Positions 18,181 to 26,010 of a DNA stretch of 64,000 nucleotides are shown piece after piece. Below the pieces are notes generated by a model, which had not been told where the DNA came from, did no database searches, and worked only from the letters and a program-made list of their open reading frames with translations. Source of the DNA: Candidatus Latescibacterota bacterium (GTDB taxonomy: Bacteria; Latescibacterota; UBA2968; UBA8231). The DNA lies in contig CBDETY010000003.1 of the NCBI GenBank assembly GCA_965243025.1, positions 6,176,001 to 6,240,000 of the forward strand, written 5' to 3'. How positions within the stretch are numbered: position 1 is the first letter of the stretch; the number at the start of each line of letters is the position of its first letter. The translations under genes and the position numbers were made by a program.

Positions 18181-21100
18181 GTGGCCAAGTTCGCGAGCTT
18201 CTTCTGCCTGACGACGGCGGTGGCGATGATCGGGGTCCTCGCCTTTGGCGATCCCGACAGGATCAACCGCCGGGTCAACGAGCTGTTCGGGTGGCAGCCG
18301 CAGATGCCGGCCGACGTGCGCCTGGTACCGCTCGAAGAAGCATCCTCGATCCGCGAGCTCGCCGGCACCGTCTCCGCCTCGTGGGTGGAGGGGGAATTGA
18401 GGCGCTTTTCCGGCTTCGGATCCCGGGTCACGGGTTACCCCGGGGAAGCTCGTGCCTTCGAGTATCTCGAACGCCGTTTCCGCGAGCTGGGACTCCGGGA
18501 CATCAGGAGCGAAGGGTTCCAGGTTACGGTACCGGTCGACCGCGGCGGCCGGCTGGAAATCGGCGGCCGAACGCTGGCCGTGCACGCCCTGTGGCCCAAC
18601 GGGGTGCGCACTACGACCCTGCCCGGCGAAGGGGTCAGCGGTCCGCTGGTATACGGCGGCAAGGGAGGGCTGGAAGACCTCGACGGGTTGCCGATCGAGG
18701 GCAGCATCGTGCTGCTCGACTTCGACTGCGGCCAGAGCTACCTCAACGCCGCCTCCCTGGGCGCACAGGCCGTTCTCTTCTTCGACAACGGCCTCGTCAA
18801 CCGCGAGCAGGCCGCCGACAAGTTCCTGAAAGTTCCGGTGGACCTTCCACGTTTCTGGGTCGAGCGGCCGCAGGCGGAACTGCTGCTCGCCGAGCTCGAA
18901 GCCGGTCCGGCGCCGGCAAGGCTCAGCGGCCGCATGGACTGGGAAGCCGTCGAGGCGCGCAACCTGTACGGATGGATTCCGGGAACCGACGCCCTGCTGC
19001 CCGAAAACACCCGCGAGCATCCGCAGGCCTGGAAGGAGCAGGTGCTCGTCATCCAGGCTTACTACGACGCGGCTTCCGTAGTGCCGGGCATTGCCCCCGG
19101 CGCCGAGAACGCCGCCGGTATCGTCGCCCTGCTGAAGCTGGCCGAGATGCTGCGGCAGCGGCCGCCGAACTACACGGTCCTGATCCTCGCCACCTCAGGG
19201 CATTTCCAGGGCTTGGCGGGAATCAACGACTTCCTGTATCGCCACAGCCGCCGCAGCGAGTACTTCCGCGAACGCATGCCGGAGAGCGAACGCATCGACT
19301 TCGACCTGATGCTGAGTCTCGACCTCAGCAGCCACGGCCGGCGCACAATCAGTTTCGGCATGGGGACCTTCTACGCCCCCAAGTGGAAGACGGACAACTA
19401 CGTCAAGTTCATGCTGACGCCGTACTCCGCCCGCCTGACCCTGGCGGTCGAGGAGATATTCGGGGACACGACCCGCCACGTCGAAGGGATATCGCCTCAG
19501 AAACGCACGTGGAAAAACTTCATGCCCGTGCGGCTCGCCTTCGACAGCGAGTCAGCCGCCTTCGTCGGCCAGAAATCGCTGGCACTGGCCGCGGCCAACG
19601 ACGCCCGCAGGCGGGTCGACACGCCGGCCGACCTGCCGGAGTACGTCGATGCGGGCAACCTAACCCGCCAGATCGAGACACTGGGTGGCATGGTGCTCTG
19701 GGCGACGCGCGACAGCGGCCTGCTCAAGCCGACGAAGCTCGAGCTGGAAGACTACGGCCACAGCCTGGCGGGGTCGATCTACTGGTTCGACCGCGAGGTC
19801 AACTTCGCCGTGCCCAAGAAGCCGGTCCCCAACGCCCTCGTCACCTACCAGCAACTCGGTCCCAACAGCGTCGCCGGGGTGCGCACCCTGATGATCGAAC
19901 GCGCCGACGAAGAGGGGCGCTTTCAGTTCGACATCATGCGCAACAGGCTCGACAACACGATCAAGGCGTACGAGATCGGGCCGAACGGGGAGATCCTCTC
20001 GGCCCCGGACATGGGCCAGGAAGGGGACGAGACCTATCCGATGGAGCATCCGTGGGGCTGGTGGGAGAACGAGATGCTGCAGGTGGTGTTCAAGTGCCGC
20101 GCGCTCAGCCTGTTCGAGACAGTCGATTCGCAGTACCTGTCGGTCCTCGATCACCTCACCGTCCTCAACGACCGCAACGGGGAGCCGCAGTCCTGGGGGG
20201 CCGACTTCGTCGAGGACCAGAGCACCGAGGAGGGCAAGGTCACCCTGGCGGCGGCGGTCTACGCCGAGCCGGGAAATCGCGTAAAAGCCCTGATGAGCAC
20301 CAGTCTGTTCGGAGTGCGCTACCTGCTCAGCGGCGCGCCGGATGAGTGGGTGGAGCGGCCGGTGAATCCCGAAGAGGTGGACGAGAAGGTAGTCGCCAGG
20401 GCCTACGGAGCCGGTTACGCGGTCGACGACGGGGTCGTGTTGCGTCCTGGGTACGCCGCCGCCAAGGACATGTGGGTGCTCGACGACGTGCGTATCAAGC
20501 AGCTGGCTCGCTACGGCGTCCGCAACCAGAAATTCATGCGCCTGCACGAAGAAGCGCGGCAGTCGCTGCTGGCCGCCAGGGAGCACCTCGCGGCACGGGA
20601 GTACTCGGCCTTCAAGGCCGCAACCCGCCGCGCCTGGGGGCTGGAGGCACGCGGATACCCGGACGTCAAGTCGACGGCGGACGACACCGTGTACGGTGTG
20701 ATCTTCTACTTCGCCCTGCTTCTGCCGTTCTCGTTTTTCTGCGAGCGCCTGCTGTTCTCCCTGCCCGACGTGCGCAAACAGCTGCTCTGCGCATCCGGGT
20801 TCTTCCTCGGCATCTTCCTGGTCATGAGATACATACACCCGGCCTTCAAGCTGAGCAGCTCCCCCTACATCATCTTTCTCGCGTTCGTGATCTTCGCGAT
20901 CGGGGGCACCGCCCTGTTCATGGTTCTGGGGCGTTTCTCCCAATCGGTCAAAGAGCGCAAACGCGCGGTTTCAGGCATGCACGAGGCGGATATCGGCAGG
21001 TTGAGCGCCACGGCCGCGGCGATCAACCTGGGGATCTCCAACCTGCGAAAAAGACCGCTGCGCACCGCCCTGACCGTCGCGACCCTGACCTTGCTCACCT

Positions 21101-22800
21101 TTACCGCCCAGGCGTTCACCTCGGTGCAACCCTACCTGAAGTTTTACCGGATTCCCAGGGACACGGCCCCCGCGTACCAGGGGGCCCTGCTCCGGGACCC
21201 CGGCTGGAAGGGGCTGCAGCTTACGGTGCTCGACTACGCCGCCAGCGCCTTCGCGGACAACGCCAGGGTCCAACCGCGCAGCTGGCTCATCTCCAAGAAC
21301 ATCGGCGAACGCGCCTATATCGACATTCACCGGGACAAGCCATCGCAGGGAAAGACTTCCCGCCGCTCCAGCTTCGCGCACGCCCTGCTCGGACTGACCG
21401 CGGGTGAAACGGACGTCCTGGGGATCGACAGGCACCTGGTCGGAGAGCGGAGCCGCTGGTTCCGGGAGGGAGACTACGACGTCTGCATCCTGCCGCAGGC
21501 GATTGCGGGAATCCTCGGCATCGACGAGGAGGAGATCGGCGAAGCGACCGTGGAGCTGATGGGGGAGCCCCACCGCGTAATCGCCACCTTCGACGGCGAT
21601 GCAGTCGATCGCCTGCGCGATCTCGACGGCGAGAGCCTGATGCCGGTGGACACGGTCGCCGAGGCCAAGAAGATGGAGCAGATGGAGGATCTCGATCCGC
21701 GCCTGCGCGACAGCGCCGCCATCGAGAGCTTCGCCCACCTCGCAGCAGACAACGTAATCCTGCTGCCCTACCGGAAGGTCATCGACCTCGGAGGAACGTT
21801 GCGCTCGCTGGCTCTCGTCGGTTTTTCCGGAGACGAGGCCATGGTCGACCGGGTGGAGGAGTTCGTAACCCGGGTTGCGGTTCCGGTCTTCGTCGGCGAT
21901 GCCGACAAGGTGCGTGTGTACACCTCCATGGGATCGGCCGCCATCTCCGGACTGGGCAACCTCTTCGTGCCGCTTCTGATTGCCGCGCTCATCGTCCTCA
22001 ACACCATGATGGGTGCAGTTTACGAGCGCGACCGGGAGATCGGGGTGTACAGCTCGGTCGGCCTGGCGCCGAGCCACATCTCCGCCCTGTTCGTCGCCGA
22101 GGCGGTGGTCTTCGCCGCGGTGGGGGCGGTTCTCGGCTACCTCCTCGGGCAGTCGGTAACGCTGCTGATGGCGCGCCTGGAGTTCCTCGGCGGCATGTTC
22201 CTCAACTATTCCTCGCTTTCGGCGATCTCGTCGACAGCCATCGTCATGGCGACCGTGATCCTGTCGACCCTGTACCCGGCCCGCAAGGCGGCGGACATGT
22301 CGGTTCCCGACGTGACACGGCGCTGGAAGTTCCCCGAGCCGGAGGGGGACGACTGGCATTTCGATTTCCCGTTCACCATCGGCAACACCGACGCCCTCGG
22401 TATCAGCGCCTACCTGCACCGGGTGTTCTCATCCTACGGAGAGGGTTCGATAGGGGACTTCATGACCGAGGAAGTCGAGCTGACCACCGGCGCGGACCCC
22501 TCGGGTGAAGCGATCTACGTCTTGAGCATGATGGCCTGGCTGGCCCCCTACGATCTGGGAGTCAGCCAGCAGGTAACCCTGCGGTCGCTGCCCAGCGCCG
22601 AGCTCGCCGGTGTGTACCGCATAGAAATAGAACTGCACAGGGTGAGCGGCGACGTCGCCTCGTGGAAGCGGTTGAACACCGGGTTCCTCAATGTATTGCG
22701 CAAGCGGTTCCTGGTCTGGCGCACGATCAGTGGAGAGTTGCGCGAGGAGTATCTCGAAGAGGGCCGCGCGCTGGCGGGGGGACCGGCTGAAACCGCCTGA
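18181..22800 (+). CDS. FtsX/MacB-like permease fused to an N-terminal PA + degenerate M28 peptidase domain
   Basis: SRVTGYPG; PA-like GPLVYGG.G; AYYD...PGAENAAG; NLRKRPLRTALT; LNTMMGAVYER.REIGVYSSVGL.P..I..LF.AEA; YPARKAA. Confidence 0.85.
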   Translation: MAKFASFFCLTTAVAMIGVLAFGDPDRINRRVNELFGWQPQMPADVRLVPLEEASSIRELAGTVSASWVEGELRRFSGFGSRVTGYPGEARAFEYLERRFRELGLRDIRSEGFQVTVPVDRGGRLEIGGRTLAVHALWPNGVRTTTLPGEGVSGPLVYGGKGGLEDLDGLPIEGSIVLLDFDCGQSYLNAASLGAQAVLFFDNGLVNREQAADKFLKVPVDLPRFWVERPQAELLLAELEAGPAPARLSGRMDWEAVEARNLYGWIPGTDALLPENTREHPQAWKEQVLVIQAYYDAASVVPGIAPGAENAAGIVALLKLAEMLRQRPPNYTVLILATSGHFQGLAGINDFLYRHSRRSEYFRERMPESERIDFDLMLSLDLSSHGRRTISFGMGTFYAPKWKTDNYVKFMLTPYSARLTLAVEEIFGDTTRHVEGISPQKRTWKNFMPVRLAFDSESAAFVGQKSLALAAANDARRRVDTPADLPEYVDAGNLTRQIETLGGMVLWATRDSGLLKPTKLELEDYGHSLAGSIYWFDREVNFAVPKKPVPNALVTYQQLGPNSVAGVRTLMIERADEEGRFQFDIMRNRLDNTIKAYEIGPNGEILSAPDMGQEGDETYPMEHPWGWWENEMLQVVFKCRALSLFETVDSQYLSVLDHLTVLNDRNGEPQSWGADFVEDQSTEEGKVTLAAAVYAEPGNRVKALMSTSLFGVRYLLSGAPDEWVERPVNPEEVDEKVVARAYGAGYAVDDGVVLRPGYAAAKDMWVLDDVRIKQLARYGVRNQKFMRLHEEARQSLLAAREHLAAREYSAFKAATRRAWGLEARGYPDVKSTADDTVYGVIFYFALLLPFSFFCERLLFSLPDVRKQLLCASGFFLGIFLVMRYIHPAFKLSSSPYIIFLAFVIFAIGGTALFMVLGRFSQSVKERKRAVSGMHEADIGRLSATAAAINLGISNLRKRPLRTALTVATLTLLTFTAQAFTSVQPYLKFYRIPRDTAPAYQGALLRDPGWKGLQLTVLDYAASAFADNARVQPRSWLISKNIGERAYIDIHRDKPSQGKTSRRSSFAHALLGLTAGETDVLGIDRHLVGERSRWFREGDYDVCILPQAIAGILGIDEEEIGEATVELMGEPHRVIATFDGDAVDRLRDLDGESLMPVDTVAEAKKMEQMEDLDPRLRDSAAIESFAHLAADNVILLPYRKVIDLGGTLRSLALVGFSGDEAMVDRVEEFVTRVAVPVFVGDADKVRVYTSMGSAAISGLGNLFVPLLIAALIVLNTMMGAVYERDREIGVYSSVGLAPSHISALFVAEAVVFAAVGAVLGYLLGQSVTLLMARLEFLGGMFLNYSSLSAISSTAIVMATVILSTLYPARKAADMSVPDVTRRWKFPEPEGDDWHFDFPFTIGNTDALGISAYLHRVFSSYGEGSIGDFMTEEVELTTGADPSGEAIYVLSMMAWLAPYDLGVSQQVTLRSLPSAELAGVYRIEIELHRVSGDVASWKRLNTGFLNVLRKRFLVWRTISGELREEYLEEGRALAGGPAETA

Positions 22801-22817
22801 TCCGGAAAGGGCCGCAG

Positions 22818-24719
22818 ATGAGTGTTGAAATCCGCTTCGAGGACCTCGACGGAGACGGGGACCGCGAAGTAGTCGTGGAGAATCCCTGGCTGCGCGCGGT
22901 CCTGCGTTTCCCCGGGCAGGTAGGGGAAGAGTACTACGGCAGGCGCTTCACATGGGGCGGACGCATGCAGTCCCTGGTCTACAAACCGACCCGGCGCGAG
23001 CATTTCATGACCGAGATGCTCGATCCGGAAGATGTGCGCCCCTTCGGGCTGCCGGACGAGCTGTTCGCCTCGTTCCCGTTGGCACCCGGTCCGAACGGAG
23101 AACCGGGGGAGCTCAAAATGGGGGTGGGGGTAACCAGGACCTCGGCCGGGGTTCCCCGGCTCGAGCCCCTGCCCTGGACCTGGCGCGAAGAGAAGGTTGG
23201 CGCCGAGACCGTTGTCGTCTTCCGCCAGGAAGAAGAGGTCGAGCAGTATTCGTACGTCTACGAAAAGCGCTACCGCTTCCGCCCGGACGCTGCCTGGTTC
23301 GCCATGGATGTCGTGTGGGAGAATCGCGGCGAAACCGCGCTGGCGTCCGACTGGGACATCCACTCCTTCCACGTCTCCGGGGCGCCTCCGAACTCCTCCT
23401 GGATGGTTGCTCCCAAGCGCGCCTGGGTATCCTGTGGCAACACCCGCCTGCGCACGGTTCTGAAGGAGGCGAGCCCGATCTTCAGCACTCCGGATGAAAA
23501 CCAGATGGTCGCCGACCTCATCGACTGGAGCCTCGACAGGGAACCGTGGTGGTACGCGCTCGGCCCGGGGGACGGCGACGAGTTCTACCTGTTGCGCGCC
23601 CGTTTCGAGCCCTGCCGCGGGCTCTGGTGGACGGCCTGGGAGGCCTTCACCCCGCAGGGTATCAACCACGTCGAGGTTCCCGCGGGAGACCGCGCGGTGT
23701 GGGGATTCGACGTCACCCTGGGCAGGGGTGGCCGCAACTTCGTGTGCGCCGGCGAGGACTGCGGCCTGACCCTGGACCGACGGGGAAGGGGCGTGTCGGC
23801 AGCCCTGCACGCCGCCGGGGAGCGTTCCGGCAGGCTGGAAGTAACCGTGGTCGACCGGAAAGGGAGGCCGCATGCAAATGCCGCCGCGGAAGGGGGAGCC
23901 CGGCCCCAGGCAGCGCTGAAGGTCGATGCCCCGCTGCCGGAAAAGGGAGAGTATGCGACCGTCGAGGCCGTCTACCGGGAAGGCGAACGCACCCTGCTGC
24001 ACGCGAGCGAGCTGGTAGCCCTGGAGGAGCGGCGGCCCACGGCTCATCTGCCGGCCGACACAGCCGGACTCCGCGTCCTCATCGGCAGCCACCACGATGC
24101 CGGGCTGCCCCACACGGACGGACTGTTCCTCTACAGCCACGCTCTCGAGAGCGGGTGCACGGCGACGTGGGAGAAGGCGGGGGAGCTGAGCGCCGACCCT
24201 GCAGGATACGAGGTCATCTGCCTGGTGGGGGATGCGTGGCCGCCGGGACAGGCAACAATGCTGCGCGAGTGGGTAAACGGCGGCGGCGGCCTGCTGGTGT
24301 GCGCCCCGTTCGGCCACCTGTCGCATGAGCTCGACGATCTGCTTCCGCTGCAGCCGCTGGGCCCGGGGAGTCTGCAGGCGGCCGAGCCCCCGCTGGGGCT
24401 CGAGGCCGGGGCCCGCCACTGGACGAGCGACCGCCTGATGCTGCATCCCGACGGCGAGGCCCGGGTGGGGTTCTGGACACCGGCACGGCCAGCCGGCCAG
24501 GCTGTTGTTTCCCTCTGCTTCGACGACCCCGGCCGCCACCCGGCCGTGGCTGTCGCGGAACGGGGGCGCGGCCGGGTGGCCGGGTGCGCCAGCCGGCCCG
24601 CATGGGGGACCCCGGCCCGCAGCGCCATCTGGTCGGGGTGGGGGCAATATCACCGGTCGCTGTTCGCCGGACTGATCGCCTGGCTGGGGCGGCGCGACCG
24701 CGGAAACGGAACCGGCTGA
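22818..24719 (+). CDS. Hypothetical protein: galactose-mutarotase-like N-terminal half plus class I GATase-like C-terminal domain
   Basis: LREWV.GGGGLLV...LDDLLPL...G.GRV in the C-terminal part; beta-rich N-terminal part; no signal peptide. Confidence 0.55.
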   Translation: MSVEIRFEDLDGDGDREVVVENPWLRAVLRFPGQVGEEYYGRRFTWGGRMQSLVYKPTRREHFMTEMLDPEDVRPFGLPDELFASFPLAPGPNGEPGELKMGVGVTRTSAGVPRLEPLPWTWREEKVGAETVVVFRQEEEVEQYSYVYEKRYRFRPDAAWFAMDVVWENRGETALASDWDIHSFHVSGAPPNSSWMVAPKRAWVSCGNTRLRTVLKEASPIFSTPDENQMVADLIDWSLDREPWWYALGPGDGDEFYLLRARFEPCRGLWWTAWEAFTPQGINHVEVPAGDRAVWGFDVTLGRGGRNFVCAGEDCGLTLDRRGRGVSAALHAAGERSGRLEVTVVDRKGRPHANAAAEGGARPQAALKVDAPLPEKGEYATVEAVYREGERTLLHASELVALEERRPTAHLPADTAGLRVLIGSHHDAGLPHTDGLFLYSHALESGCTATWEKAGELSADPAGYEVICLVGDAWPPGQATMLREWVNGGGGLLVCAPFGHLSHELDDLLPLQPLGPGSLQAAEPPLGLEAGARHWTSDRLMLHPDGEARVGFWTPARPAGQAVVSLCFDDPGRHPAVAVAERGRGRVAGCASRPAWGTPARSAIWSGWGQYHRSLFAGLIAWLGRRDRGNGTG

Positions 24720-24751
24720 GGATTCCCCGGGTGGACCGGGCAAAACTGTCT

Positions 24752-24779
24752 TTGTCCGGCGGGGGTTATGGAGTAAATT
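24752..24779 (+). promoter_or_regulatory. Possible sigma70-type promoter TTGTCC-N16-TAAATT
   Basis: Lies in the 103-bp gap before 24823 and resembles other promoters in the window. Confidence 0.35.
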
Positions 24780-24822
24780 CACTCAGGCATTCGAAGCGGA
24801 CGAACCGAAAGGTCACAACGCC

Positions 24823-26001
24823 ATGAGCCCGTCATCCCGGTTTTCCTCTCCGGTCTCGGGGTTCGATCCCAGTGAACTCCTGGGCCGGCTTCGCAAGCTC
24901 TTCCTGGCCTGTCTCCTCCTTGCCGCCCTGCTGCACCTGGGCCTGGTGGCAGTCGATCCGTTCAAGGAGCAGGCCGCCAAAGCGCCCAAGCCGCTGACTA
25001 CCAAGTTCATCAAGCGCGAGCCGCGGCTGACCAAGCCGCTGGAGCTGCGCAAGATTCCCCAGCCGAAGCGAAAGATGGTGAAGCGCGAGGTGAAACTCGC
25101 CGCCGCCCGCATGGACCAGGTAGAGGCGACCGCTGCTTTCAACACCGGGGCCGTGATCGGCCAGGTGGCCAACCCGAGGGTGGCGCTGTCGCGGGCGTCT
25201 ACTTTCTCGACCGCGAACCTGGAGCCGCGGACGATCGTTCCCGAGATGCTGGCCGGCAGCCGGGCCCCGGAGAACAAGATCGACATGGCGCTGGAAATGA
25301 TGGACGTCAAAAGCATGGACACAGGCCGCTACCGGGCGATGGTGGTGCAGGATCCCAAGGACCGCCAGAACGTGACCGGATTCGTGCGCTTCGCCCATGT
25401 CCAGTCAGCGCGTTCCATCGAGTTCGGCCGCGGGGGAATCAGCAGCTTCTTCATCGATGAAGTTCGGGACGCCCTGAACGAGTACACCGGCATCGAGGCC
25501 AAGTACGAGGGGTACATCACCTACGACGACAGCCGGCTGATGGAGATCCCCATCATCTTCAGCGCGGGGGGCGCCAACGAAAGCGAGCTGGAGATGATAT
25601 GCCGCTACATGCAGGCCGGGGGGTTCGTGTTCGGCGGCGCCAACTTCAAGTCGCTGGAGAAGTACGGCGGGATGGTGTCGGGCCGGGACTTCTGGGCCGA
25701 GCGGCTACAGGACGACCATCCCGTCTTCAGCGCTTTCTTCGACATCCGCGGGGGCGCTCCTTCATCCTACCAGGGGGGCCAGCTCGCCAGCGGCAAGCAG
25801 GGGGTGAACCCCTGGAACAGGACGACAGGGTATTTCGTCAAGGGCCGCCTATCCGGGATCAGCTTTTCCTGGGGTACCGGGCTCGGCAACCGGCGCGAGA
25901 AGGAGGCCGGGCGCAACCGCCAGCTCGTCGTCAACGTGATCATCTACGCCCTGACCCAGGAAGGTTCGATGACCCAGCGGTTGATGCAGATGGTCAATTA
26001 G
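24823..26001 (+). CDS. Single-pass membrane protein with TonB-like N-terminus and DUF4159-like C-terminal domain
   Basis: TM LLLAALLHLGLV; Lys/Pro-rich linker; P.IF......E...I..Y...GGFVF; L..DHPVFSAFFD; VNVIIYALT. Confidence 0.7.
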   Translation: MSPSSRFSSPVSGFDPSELLGRLRKLFLACLLLAALLHLGLVAVDPFKEQAAKAPKPLTTKFIKREPRLTKPLELRKIPQPKRKMVKREVKLAAARMDQVEATAAFNTGAVIGQVANPRVALSRASTFSTANLEPRTIVPEMLAGSRAPENKIDMALEMMDVKSMDTGRYRAMVVQDPKDRQNVTGFVRFAHVQSARSIEFGRGGISSFFIDEVRDALNEYTGIEAKYEGYITYDDSRLMEIPIIFSAGGANESELEMICRYMQAGGFVFGGANFKSLEKYGGMVSGRDFWAERLQDDHPVFSAFFDIRGGAPSSYQGGQLASGKQGVNPWNRTTGYFVKGRLSGISFSWGTGLGNRREKEAGRNRQLVVNVIIYALTQEGSMTQRLMQMVN

Positions 26002-26010
26002 CGGGAAGGA

